Assembly (NCBI GenBank): GCA_041645165.1
Contig: JBAZQN010000010.1
Span: 102-64,101, forward strand
Source of the DNA: Patescibacteria group bacterium
GTDB taxonomy: Bacteria > Patescibacteriota > Patescibacteriia > 2-02-FULL-49-11
Direction: 5' to 3'
Length of the DNA: 64,000 bases
The translations under genes were made by a program, and so were the position numbers. The notes beneath the pieces were generated by a model, which was given only the letters and a program-made list of their open reading frames with translations, was not told the origin of the DNA and did not search any database. Below, piece by piece: positions 44,985 to 54,403 of the stretch (position 1 is the stretch's first letter; each line of letters opens with the position of its first letter).

Positions 44985-47900
44985 TCAATCTTGTGTAACA
45001 AGATTGAGCAGTTTCCCTTTCACATACACCTTCCTCGCCACCTCTTTTCCTTTCAAATACTTCTGAATCTCGGGCAGTGCGTTTGCCGCCGCATATACCT
45101 CTTCTTCTCCCGCATCGCGGGACACTTCTGCCACTCCCCGCTTCTTCCCATCGATCTGTATGACCACCTGCACAGTCTCCTGTGTCATCAGCGCGAGATC
45201 AAAAGCCGGCCACGGCTCTTTGAAAATAGACCGTGCGTTGCCAAGCTGTTCCCATAACTCTTCCGTGATATGCGGCGCAAACGGCGCAAGAAGAATGAGG
45301 AGCGCCTTGTAGCCGGATAAAGTATCAGCGCGGTCTTCAAGGGCAGGTAATTCGTTCGTGTACGTCATGAGCTGTGCGATCGCAGTATTAAATTTAAACG
45401 CTTCAATATCTTCTGTAACTTTCTTAATCGTCTGATGCGCCAAACGCGCAAGCGCGTCGCTTTTAAACGCACTTACTACGCCCTTAAACGCCTGCGTATG
45501 AATGCGTGGTGAATGCGTATGAATGCGGGTCCCCAAGGACCATACGCGCTCCAAAAACCTCCTTATCCCTACGATGCTGCGCATGCTCCAAGGTTTTGCA
45601 TCTTCAAACGGGCCCATGAACATTTCATACAATCGCATAGTGTCTGCGCCGTAGATTTCGATGACTTCATCGGGATTGATGACATTGCCTCGCGATTTCG
45701 ACATCTTTTGCCCGTCCTCTCCCAAGATCAGCCCTTGATTTTTTAACGTAAGGAAAGGCTCGTCAAAATCAATAATCCCCAGCCAATGCAGCACCTTGGT
45801 AAAAAACCGCGCATACATCAGATGCATGACTGCATGCTCTGCCCCGCCGACATAGAGGTCTACCGGAAGCCACGCATGAATCTTCTCGCGGCTTGCAAAT
45901 TCTTTCGCATTGCGAGGATCCGTATAGCGGAAAAAATACCAGGAAGAGTCCACAAAAGTATCCATCGTATCGCACTCCCTCCGCACGTCTTCGCCATACG
46001 AACCGCACTTGGGGCATCTCACCTCATGGAATTTTTTTGACCGCTTAAGAGGCGACTCCCCCGTAGGCCGGAAATCAACATCATCAGGCAACCGCACCGG
46101 TAGATCTTTTTCCGGGACCGGCACCTCACCGCACTTCACACAATAGATAATGGGAATCGGCGCTCCCCAATAGCGCTGACGCGAGATGAGCCAATCACGC
46201 AGACGATAGGTAACCTGCTTCCTGCCAAACTTTTCTGCCATTTTTAAAAGAGCCTCTTCCGACGACAGTCCGGTAAACTCCCCCGACTCGACAAGCATCC
46301 CGTGTCCTATATAACATCCTACATCCATAACCTCCTTGAGTAATTCCGGAAATTCAAGGGTCCCCATATCTTTCATCGTGAAATGTCCCCGTCCTTTTAA
46401 TTCTCTCAGTTCAGCGTTTAATTCCTTCGCATACCACCGTGCACTTTCCTTGCGGTATTCTTCTTCATTGTCGGAAATAAAGATGATAATTTTTCTCACC
46501 TGATCCTTAATCTTTGGATTTATGTCAAAATCATATAACGGACCAAGACGCTGACGATTCTCGGTGATGGTTTTCCTACCAGGCGCCACCAAAAGGAGGG
46601 TATCAATTTTTGCATCCGTCTCTCCCAGCCACCGCACCGCAAATGCGCCGCCCGCGCTATGCCCTATCACTACTGAATTTTCATCTAAGGGAAGGTGTGC
46701 TACCTGCTTTTTCCATTCATCATATTGCGGCTCCCAAGCATTCGGCATGAGTGGATTAAATACCTTGAAACCTCGTTCTTCCAACTTCGGCGTTATCCAT
46801 CCCAACCAGTGATGGGTATTTTCTGGAATATAATCAGCTTTCCCGCGTGGATCAGATTTTGGAGATCCGTGTACCATAAGCACCTTTCTCTCTTTTGGCC
46901 GTATTACACACTTGATCGGCAAATTGAATTTTTTTGCAAACACATAATCCCGCTCGTCATGTGCCGGAACGGCCATAATTGCGCCCGTACCATAACCCAT
47001 GAGCACGTAATCAGCAATCCAAATTGGTATCTCTTCCTTAGTGGCGGGATTGATTGCGGTTATCCCTTGTAATTCAACACCAGTTTTTTCCTTCTGTAAC
47101 TGACCACGCTCCAGTTCAGTTTTGCTTTTAGCGCTCTGAATATATTGTTCAACAAATTTGAAATTTGAAATTTGAAATTTGAAATTTTCAATTATGGGGT
47201 GTTCCGGTGCGAGCACCATGTAAGTCGCCCCAAATAACGTATCCGGCCTCGTGGTGAATACTTCGATCCATAACTCCCCCTCTCCCCCTCTTACCTTAAG
47301 AGGGGGTTGGGGGGCGTTACTCACTATAGGAAATTTTATCAATGCTCCTTCACTTCTCCCAATCCAATTCTGCTGCATGAGTTTGATAGGTTCCGGCCAA
47401 TTAATCTTTTCAAGGCCTGAAAGCAGTCCTGCCGTGACTCGCTTGTTCCTTTTCGCGTCTTGTGTCCGATCCTCGATAAAATCAGTGATTTTGAAAAACC
47501 ACTGCGCAAGCTCTTTCTGCACTACCGTATGCTTGCAGCGTTCGCATTTCCCGTCCACCACTTGCTCGCGCGCGAGCACGGTTTGGCAGTGTGCACACCA
47601 ATTCACCGGGGCTAATCTCTTATAGGCCAAGCCGTGTTGGTAGAGCAAGAGGAAAAACCATTGCGTCCAGCGGTAATAATCAGGATCTGCGGTATTCACT
47701 TCCCGCGACCAATCATAGGAAAACCCCAGCGACTTGATCTGGCGCCGAAAATTTTCAATGCTCTTCGCAGTGGTCTCCGCGGGATGCACACCCACTTTGA
47801 TCGCGTAATTCTCCGCAGGAAGCCCGAACGCGTCCCATCCCATCGGATGAAGCGCCATAGAGCCCCGCATGCGCAAATAGCGGCTCACGATATCGGTGGC

Positions 47901-48080
47901 AGTATAGCCTTCGGGGTGCCCTACATGGAGCCCTTGCGAGGAAGGATAGGGAAACATGTCGAGCACATAGCGGCGATCTTCGCGCTTTCTCCCCTCATCA
48001 TCAGCGCGAAACGCGCCCTGCGCTTCCCAGCGCTCCTGCCATTTCTGCTCAATTTTTTTATGGTCGTAGGAGTGAGACAT
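44985..48080 (-). CDS. leuS: Leucine--tRNA ligase with an inserted alpha/beta-hydrolase domain
   Basis: MFPYPS..GLHVGH, GTGAIMAVPAHDERD, LRDWLISRQRYWG, KMSKS. Confidence 0.96.
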   Translation of the reverse strand: MSHSYDHKKIEQKWQERWEAQGAFRADDEGRKREDRRYVLDMFPYPSSQGLHVGHPEGYTATDIVSRYLRMRGSMALHPMGWDAFGLPAENYAIKVGVHPAETTAKSIENFRRQIKSLGFSYDWSREVNTADPDYYRWTQWFFLLLYQHGLAYKRLAPVNWCAHCQTVLAREQVVDGKCERCKHTVVQKELAQWFFKITDFIEDRTQDAKRNKRVTAGLLSGLEKINWPEPIKLMQQNWIGRSEGALIKFPIVSNAPQPPLKVRGGEGELWIEVFTTRPDTLFGATYMVLAPEHPIIENFKFQISNFKFVEQYIQSAKSKTELERGQLQKEKTGVELQGITAINPATKEEIPIWIADYVLMGYGTGAIMAVPAHDERDYVFAKKFNLPIKCVIRPKERKVLMVHGSPKSDPRGKADYIPENTHHWLGWITPKLEERGFKVFNPLMPNAWEPQYDEWKKQVAHLPLDENSVVIGHSAGGAFAVRWLGETDAKIDTLLLVAPGRKTITENRQRLGPLYDFDINPKIKDQVRKIIIFISDNEEEYRKESARWYAKELNAELRELKGRGHFTMKDMGTLEFPELLKEVMDVGCYIGHGMLVESGEFTGLSSEEALLKMAEKFGRKQVTYRLRDWLISRQRYWGAPIPIIYCVKCGEVPVPEKDLPVRLPDDVDFRPTGESPLKRSKKFHEVRCPKCGSYGEDVRRECDTMDTFVDSSWYFFRYTDPRNAKEFASREKIHAWLPVDLYVGGAEHAVMHLMYARFFTKVLHWLGIIDFDEPFLTLKNQGLILGEDGQKMSKSRGNVINPDEVIEIYGADTMRLYEMFMGPFEDAKPWSMRSIVGIRRFLERVWSLGTRIHTHSPRIHTQAFKGVVSAFKSDALARLAHQTIKKVTEDIEAFKFNTAIAQLMTYTNELPALEDRADTLSGYKALLILLAPFAPHITEELWEQLGNARSIFKEPWPAFDLALMTQETVQVVIQIDGKKRGVAEVSRDAGEEEVYAAANALPEIQKYLKGKEVARKVYVKGKLLNLVTQD

Positions 48081-48239
48081 AACAGTACATAATCCAAAAA
48101 CCAAAGATCAAAAATCAAAATTATGGAGTCCCGTAATTACGGGACGAAATTCCTTCATTTTGCATTTTGAGTTTTGCATTTTGAGTTACATGTTGATTGT
48201 ACCATTGACTCAATGAATTTCCAATGGTATACCCAAGTA

Positions 48240-49571
48240 ATGATACGGTCACATAATACCATGCCCAAATTATTCCGCCATATTACCCTCGCCTTTCTAC
48301 GTTTCCTCGTCCGCCTACTCACTGGATTAGGCAAAGGCATCGCGCTTGCGGGAAGACGTCTCTATCGCTCGCTCTCCTCCTCGACGAAAATCGTGTCAGG
48401 CATAAAGGGTATCATGGTGCGCCTGTATGAAACCCTCCGTACACTCCGCGCAAACGCGCGCGTAATCCATCCTCAAGGAAAAATACGCATCCTCCTCACC
48501 CATCCCTACACCCTTAAGGTAATCATTGCGGGAATGATTCTTCTAGTTATCTTCACAAACATTAACTCGCGCTCCGTCGCTGCTGATGAACTGGGGCACA
48601 ACAGCCTCATCTACCGCTTGATCTCCATTGATGCCCGCATGATCGTGGTCGACGCGAGCCCTGCAGCGCTCCCTCAAGCAGGCAGAACATTCAGGGATAC
48701 CATTGAGAGAGAAAATTCCACGAATGAGGGGATCGCGGGCATGCCGTTAGCGCTCGATACGAGTATCGGCACAATAGTGCGCCCAAACCCCACTGAAACC
48801 TTGCGCGGAAGCCGCCCGCGCGACAGCATTATCACTTACACGGTACAGCAGAATGATACCATAAGCGGCATTGCCTACCGTTTCACGCTCTTCGCGCGTA
48901 CGATTCTTTGGGCGAATAATTTAAGCGGCACCTCCGTAATCCGTCCCGGCGACTCTCTGGTCATACCTCAAGTGGACGGCGTGATCCATACGGTAAGGCG
49001 CGGTGACACTCTCCAGGGGATTGCGACGAGATACCGCTCAACCATTGATAAAATTACCGCGCTCAATAATATCTCACAAGGAGCAAAACTTGAACCCGGC
49101 ACGCTCCTCACCGTTCCGGATGGCCGCCCCCCATCCGTAAGCGTCCCTGCGCAAACCCGAGTTGCCACGCGCACTGCACCAAGAAATGTGGGGAGCGCGC
49201 GTTCTCCTAGCGGTGGCCTTATCTGGCCCACCACTGGCCGCGCCATAACCCAATATTTCAGCTGGCGCCACGGAGGACTCGATATCGATGGCAACCTTAG
49301 TTCCCCGATCTACGCGGCGGAAAGCGGCACGGTAGAAATCGCGCAGGGAGGGTGGAATGGCGGATATGGCAACGTCATCGTCATAAGCCATAGTAAAAGC
49401 ACAAAGACAAGGTATGGCCACCTTTCCCGCCTCTATGTGCGTCCGGGAGAACAAGTGCAGCGAGGGCAGATCATCGGTATGATGGGGTCCACCGGCCGTT
49501 CTACAGGATCCCACCTCCATTTCGAAATCCTTATTAACGGCGCGCGCAAAAATCCGTTAAGCTACTTTTAA
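48240..49571 (+). CDS. LysM (x2) plus M23 family peptidoglycan endopeptidase
   Basis: YTVQQNDTISGIA, HTVRRGDTL, HGGLD, YGHL, TGRSTGSHLHFE; TTGACT-17-TATACC promoter at 48205-48233. Confidence 0.92.
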   Translation: MIRSHNTMPKLFRHITLAFLRFLVRLLTGLGKGIALAGRRLYRSLSSSTKIVSGIKGIMVRLYETLRTLRANARVIHPQGKIRILLTHPYTLKVIIAGMILLVIFTNINSRSVAADELGHNSLIYRLISIDARMIVVDASPAALPQAGRTFRDTIERENSTNEGIAGMPLALDTSIGTIVRPNPTETLRGSRPRDSIITYTVQQNDTISGIAYRFTLFARTILWANNLSGTSVIRPGDSLVIPQVDGVIHTVRRGDTLQGIATRYRSTIDKITALNNISQGAKLEPGTLLTVPDGRPPSVSVPAQTRVATRTAPRNVGSARSPSGGLIWPTTGRAITQYFSWRHGGLDIDGNLSSPIYAAESGTVEIAQGGWNGGYGNVIVISHSKSTKTRYGHLSRLYVRPGEQVQRGQIIGMMGSTGRSTGSHLHFEILINGARKNPLSYF

Positions 49572-49580
49572 TTAAGGAGT

Positions 49581-49939
49581 TTGACCCCGTTAGAGGTCGC
49601 CCTGCCGAAGGCACGGCTTCAACCGCCTAAGGGGCGGCTTACCTCTCACGGTACGCGCTCACTGGGGGCATCGCCATCCTCGCGGTTTAAGCCCCCCTCT
49701 TGGTCTCCCCCCTGATAAGGGCGCTTAAAAAAATAACATTTCACTTGTCCCATAGGTTTGTCCTTATTTTGTTGACGTACGGCGTAGATGGCGGGATATG
49801 TTATTTTTTTACGGCGCCTAAGGGGGAGACCACACGCCTTGTCCTCCCCCTATGGCTTCGCCATATCTTGATGATATAAAGGGGGAGGTTTGGTGGGGGT
49901 GTTGATGGTCAGTGAGCGCTTACCTCCTTACGGGGTTGA
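49581..49939. repeat. Composite nest of palindromic elements between the M23 gene and lexA
   Basis: Outer accccgttagagg...cctccttacggggt, inner C/G-run hairpins, innermost MITE at 49720-49818. Confidence 0.7.
49720..49818. mobile_element. 99-bp MITE with terminal inverted repeats and TAAG target duplication
   Basis: taag|ggcgcttaaaaaaataacat...atgttatttttttacggcgcc|taag. Confidence 0.75.
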
Positions 49940-49964
49940 CTGTTCGGTTTTTGTTCGGTATACT
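49936..49964 (+). promoter_or_regulatory. lexA promoter with a direct-repeat operator candidate in the spacer
   Basis: TTGACT-17-TATACT; TTCGG-N6-TTCGG at 49943-49958. Confidence 0.75.
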
Positions 49965-50146
49965 ATATTTAGTTTTCCACAGATAATACTACTTCTGTCT
50001 TTTCCTAATAACTCGCTCACAGTCACCATTCAGGCTCGAATGCAAAAATCAAAATCCAAAAGTCAAAATGAAAATGTAAAATCTTTAAATTTTGATCTAT
50101 CATTTTGCATTTTGAGATTTACATTTTACATTTACCCACATTTCCT

Positions 50147-50755
50147 ATGCTCACCAAACAACAAACCAAAGTTTTAGACATTATTAAAAATTGCATTAAG
50201 GACCACGGGTATGCTCCTTCCATCCGGGAAATCGCGGAAGAAATGGGTGTTTCCTCCCCTGCCACGGTAAACGAGCACCTCGAAGCGCTCGTGCAAAAGG
50301 GATTCTTGAAAAAAACGGACCGCGCCATCCGCAATATTGAACTCACGAAAAAGGTGTGGATGCTCAGCAAAAGCATTGAGCTGCCGCTCGTGGGGCTCAT
50401 TGCGGCAGGCGAGCCGATTGAAGCGATTGAACAAAGGGGAGAAACCGTCGCCGTACCCACCGAGCTTGCGGGCGACGAGAACTGCTACGTGCTGCGGGTG
50501 AAAGGCGATTCCATGATGGAAGACGGGATCTTAAATGGAGACTACGTGATTGTGGAACGCACCTTCTATCCTAAAAATGGCGACGTGGTGGTGGCGCTTC
50601 TGGATAATGAACACGCGACGCTCAAACGGTATTACCGGGAAAAAGACAGGATCCGGCTGCAGCCCGCAAATAAAAACTACAACCCTCTCTTCGTAAAGAA
50701 TCCCGCGATTCAGGGAATTGTTAAGGGATTGATAAGAAAATTTGCGGTAGCATAA
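50147..50755 (+). CDS. lexA: SOS repressor LexA
   Basis: GYAPSIREIA HTH, IAAG cleavage site, GDSM Ser, ATLKR Lys. Confidence 0.95.
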   Translation: MLTKQQTKVLDIIKNCIKDHGYAPSIREIAEEMGVSSPATVNEHLEALVQKGFLKKTDRAIRNIELTKKVWMLSKSIELPLVGLIAAGEPIEAIEQRGETVAVPTELAGDENCYVLRVKGDSMMEDGILNGDYVIVERTFYPKNGDVVVALLDNEHATLKRYYREKDRIRLQPANKNYNPLFVKNPAIQGIVKGLIRKFAVA

Positions 50756-50819
50756 TGCCGAATTTCAAAATCTCACCGCTCAGGCGGGAAACTTTGAGCT
50801 TTGTCATTTCAAAAGGAAT

Positions 50820-51068
50820 ATGTCCCTCACCTCGTACCACGACCCCATTTCGGTGCTTGCCTCCTTCCGCGGAGGCGAAGTGAAACCCGTGGCGTTCAAA
50901 TGGGGAGGGCGCGACTGGCACGTAAAACAGGTGAATCTCGTGAGCGCCTCGCGCGACGGCCGCGCCAAACTCATATATTTCTCCGTCTCAGACGAAGCAA
51001 ACGCGTTCAAACTCCAATTCAATAGCGAAACATTGGAGTGGGCGCTGGAGGAAGTGTGGCATGATTAA
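50820..51068 (+). CDS. Small conserved protein between lexA and dinB (DUF6504-like)
   Basis: P.AF.W.GR.W.V, YFSV, F.L.F....L.W.L; operon position. Confidence 0.7.
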   Translation: MSLTSYHDPISVLASFRGGEVKPVAFKWGGRDWHVKQVNLVSASRDGRAKLIYFSVSDEANAFKLQFNSETLEWALEEVWHD

Positions 51069-51213
51069 TTTTCAATTATCAATTTTCAATCAATGACCTA
51101 ATGAATCAATTTTCAAACTTTGAACATTGCGAAATTGAAAATTGTTTGAAAATTGTCCCCCTTCGGGAGATCCCCCGTAGGGGGAGAAATTGAGCATTGA
51201 AAATTCACTCACT

Positions 51214-52620
51214 ATGCTCCATCAACGAGTAGTGCTTCACATCGACATGAACAGCTACTTCGCCTCGGTGGAGCAGCAGGCAAACCCGTTCCTGCGCGGA
51301 AGAGCGGTGGCAGTCTGCGCCTATCTCTCTCCGAACGGATGCGTCATTGCATCGTCCCGGGAGGCAAAGGAAAAAGGGGTGAAAACCGGCCTGCGCGTGC
51401 GGGATGCGCGCTCGCTCTACCCTCCCACTATCTTTCTCCAAAACGATCCTATCAAATACCGCACGACGACCGAGGCCATTTTTGGCATCTTTGCAGAATA
51501 TTCTGACCGCATAGAGCCGTATTCCATTGATGAGGCGTTTATCGACCTCACGGGTTATGCCGCGGATCTTAAACACGGCGCCGAAATAGGCAGGGAAATC
51601 AACCGCAGAATCAAGGAGGAAGTGGGCGAGTGGCTGCGCTCCTCCGTAGGGATCGCGGAAACGCGCTTCATCGCGAAGCTCGCCTCGGACACGGGCCCCA
51701 AAGACAGCGTTACGGTCCTCCCCTCTTCCCAACTTGCTTCTTATCTCAAGACGATCTCTTTGCGGGACATTTGGGGCATCGCAGGAGGCCTGGAGCGCCG
51801 CCTTGCATCAATCGGCATCACAAGCCCTTTAAGATTCCGGCAAGTGCCCATGATGCACATCCTGTCATCCTTAGGGAAACCAGGCTATTATCTCTGGGCA
51901 TCGCTTAATGGAATTGAGCTCAACGGGGTAGCGAAGGAAGAAGAGCATACACAAAAGTCTATCGGGCACTCTTACTGCCTGCCTAAAAAAACAAACGATC
52001 CAAAAACACTTGCGGCGATCCTCATGAAACTCTGCGAGAAGACCGGCCGCCGCTTGCGCGCGGCGCGCGTTGAAGCATGGAATATTTCTGTGGGACGACG
52101 GTGCGAAAATCCTCTAGCCTTCCACCAGTATCCCTCTCCACGAGGACGTTCGATTGGAAAAAACCCTCCGCAGCTTGCCCGAGCACGACCCCTCGATGCA
52201 ATCGAGGGTCGGGCGAGCGAGGCGGAGCACGGTCGCGCGCAGGAGCGACCGATGCGTGTTTTTTCAACGAACGTCCGAGCTCCCTTATTTGATTCTTTCG
52301 ATATCTTCCGCGAAGCGTGGCGGCTTCTCAAAGCCGATACGATTTCGAGTCCCGTCTCCATGCTTGCCGTGTCCGTATCGCGCCTGATGCCCCCTTCTGC
52401 CCAGTTCAGCCTTTTCCCTTGCCGTCGCGGCGGCTCCCGCAGGGTGGCATGCGCGCTTGATGCCATCAACGACCGCTGGGGCGAATATACGGTGATGCGC
52501 GGCGCCATGTGGCATACACAAAAAAATGCTCCCGATAGAATTGGCTATCGGAAGAGCACTGAAATCCCAAAATGGAGGGAGACAATCCAGTCTATCCCTT
52601 TGGCGGAAGATGCAGAATAA
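51214..52620 (+). CDS. dinB: Y-family DNA polymerase IV with an in-frame MITE
   Basis: HIDMNSYFASVEQ, SREAK..GV, YSIDEAFIDL, AKLASD, IWGI, KSIGHS. Confidence 0.92.
   Translation: MLHQRVVLHIDMNSYFASVEQQANPFLRGRAVAVCAYLSPNGCVIASSREAKEKGVKTGLRVRDARSLYPPTIFLQNDPIKYRTTTEAIFGIFAEYSDRIEPYSIDEAFIDLTGYAADLKHGAEIGREINRRIKEEVGEWLRSSVGIAETRFIAKLASDTGPKDSVTVLPSSQLASYLKTISLRDIWGIAGGLERRLASIGITSPLRFRQVPMMHILSSLGKPGYYLWASLNGIELNGVAKEEEHTQKSIGHSYCLPKKTNDPKTLAAILMKLCEKTGRRLRAARVEAWNISVGRRCENPLAFHQYPSPRGRSIGKNPPQLARARPLDAIEGRASEAEHGRAQERPMRVFSTNVRAPLFDSFDIFREAWRLLKADTISSPVSMLAVSVSRLMPPSAQFSLFPCRRGGSRRVACALDAINDRWGEYTVMRGAMWHTQKNAPDRIGYRKSTEIPKWRETIQSIPLAEDAE
52145..52275. mobile_element. 131-bp MITE with CGAG target duplication, in frame in dinB
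   Basis: cgag|gacgttcgattggaaaaaac...gttttttcaacgaacgtc|cgag; 131+4=135 bp. Confidence 0.8.
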
Positions 52621-53161
52621 CCTCCGTGATCTTCTCAACTGTTTCATTAAGTTTCCCCTCCCGGTTCACCACGCGATAATCATAGTCATGCGCGGCCTTG
52701 AGCTCTTCCATCGCCTCATGCCAACGAACGTTCAGCTGCTCATCGGAGAATCCTTTTTCCACCATGCGACGCCGGATGCTCTCTAAGCTGTCAGGCTCAA
52801 TGAAAATACGCACTGCGTCCGCATACATATCCATCACTTGTTCAGCGCCTCTGACGTCAATTTTCAGCAGCACATTGCGCCCCCCGCGAAGCGCCGTTTC
52901 TACCGCTTGCCGCGGCGTGGCAAATTTCCTGTTGCGCACGGGCGCCCATTCTAAAAACTCGCCCCGAGCAACCCGCGCATCAAACTCTTTATTATCAACA
53001 AAATAGTGGTCTATGCCGTCTACTTCTTCGGGGCGCTGTTCGCGCGTCGTCACGGTAATAATCCGTGCAAGGTTCAGCGCAGGCCTTTTCAAGAGCTCCT
53101 TGACGACTGCGTCTTTGCCCACTTGCGAGGGTCCTGAAATGATGATAATGCGGCCGGGCAT
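52592..53161 (-). CDS. gmk: Guanylate kinase
   Basis: SGPSQVGKD, TTREQRPEEVDGIDHYFV, FLEWA, IDVRG. Confidence 0.93.
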   Translation of the reverse strand: MPGRIIIISGPSQVGKDAVVKELLKRPALNLARIITVTTREQRPEEVDGIDHYFVDNKEFDARVARGEFLEWAPVRNRKFATPRQAVETALRGGRNVLLKIDVRGAEQVMDMYADAVRIFIEPDSLESIRRRMVEKGFSDEQLNVRWHEAMEELKAAHDYDYRVVNREGKLNETVEKITEVILHLPPKG

Positions 53162-53198
53162 GACAGAAATTCTAATTTCTAAATCCTAAAAACTCTAA

Positions 53199-53351
53199 AA
53201 ATTTTCAATGCTCAATTTCTCCCCCTACGGGGGATCTCCCGAAGGGAGACAATTTTCAATCAATATCCCAATGTCATAATTTTCAAACGTTTGATAATTG
53301 TTTAATTGAAAATTAAATGAAAATTGAAGCTTGAAAATTGAAAATTATCAA
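53199..53351. repeat. AT-rich palindromic element; filled allele with twin hairpin at 53220-53249
   Basis: Matches 22505-22626 plus tccccctacgggggatctcccgaagggaga. Confidence 0.8.
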
Positions 53352-53357
53352 AACAGC

Positions 53358-54356
53358 CTAGGATTTACTGCGCTGAAGAAGTGTATACACTTGCTGCAAC
53401 TCAACAGGTAAGGGCGCATGATAAGTCTTTACCTCTCCTTGCAGATCAGTAAATGTAAGAGATGATGCATGGAGAAATGGGCGATTGAGGGTTGTTTTTA
53501 TTTGCCTGCGCGCCTTTCCTCCATAAAGCGGATCCCCGATGATAGGATGCCCTATCGCGGCAAGGTGTACCCTGATCTGATGCGTACGACCTGTCTTAGG
53601 AAATACCTTAAGAAAGGTGAGACGGGGGAAGCGCCTCGCGACTTCAAACCTTGTCAACGCTTCTCTCGCGTTGTGAGAAATTTTCAACGTTTCTGCGTCA
53701 GTCTGTGACCTCCTCTTATGAGGAAGCGCTGTCATTGTACCACGCCTTCGCGGACTCGTGCTACGCGTGAGAGGGAGCGCAATTTCGCCATGGTCATTCA
53801 CAAAGGTCCCCGCAACCAGCGCGTGATATTCCTTTTCGATTTTGCGTTCGCGAAATGCGCGGGAAAAATAATCAAACGCCTGCGGCGTACGGGCAATGAT
53901 CATCACGCCGGATACCAGCTTGTCCAGACGGTGCACAATCCCCGGGCGAGATGGATCTCCCCCAATCTTGCGCAATTCAGGATACCGAGGAAGGAGTAAA
54001 TCAATAAGGGTTGCGCCATGAATCCCAGGCGCAGCATGGACCGCGATCCCTGCCGGCTTATCAACGATGAGATAGTCATCCGTTTCGGCAATAATGGAAA
54101 TTTTCACATCTGCGTTGATCCGCGATAAAACCAAACGTGACGATCCGCGTTGATCTGCGATCTGTTTCACCTCCTCAACCTTCTGCCCTTCCTTCAGCGC
54201 GTAATGCGGCGTCATTGACTTTCCCTCAACCACCCACCTCCCTGCCTTAATATCACGCTGTATGGCAACCCGCGACTGTTCTGGCAATTTCTCCACCAAA
54301 AATTTATCTAATCGCTTGCCTTTGTCTGCTGGTTCAACAATAAATTGGGAGGTCAT
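53358..54356 (-). CDS. RluA/RluD-family pseudouridine synthase with S4 domain
   Basis: RLDKFL, DKPAG, GIVHRLDK..SG, TGRTHQIRVH, GDPLYG, LHA. Confidence 0.92.
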   Translation of the reverse strand: MTSQFIVEPADKGKRLDKFLVEKLPEQSRVAIQRDIKAGRWVVEGKSMTPHYALKEGQKVEEVKQIADQRGSSRLVLSRINADVKISIIAETDDYLIVDKPAGIAVHAAPGIHGATLIDLLLPRYPELRKIGGDPSRPGIVHRLDKLVSGVMIIARTPQAFDYFSRAFRERKIEKEYHALVAGTFVNDHGEIALPLTRSTSPRRRGTMTALPHKRRSQTDAETLKISHNAREALTRFEVARRFPRLTFLKVFPKTGRTHQIRVHLAAIGHPIIGDPLYGGKARRQIKTTLNRPFLHASSLTFTDLQGEVKTYHAPLPVELQQVYTLLQRSKS

Positions 54357-54403
54357 ACGCAATGAGAACAATGTTGCTCTGTAATTTCTTATAAAAATTT
54401 TAT

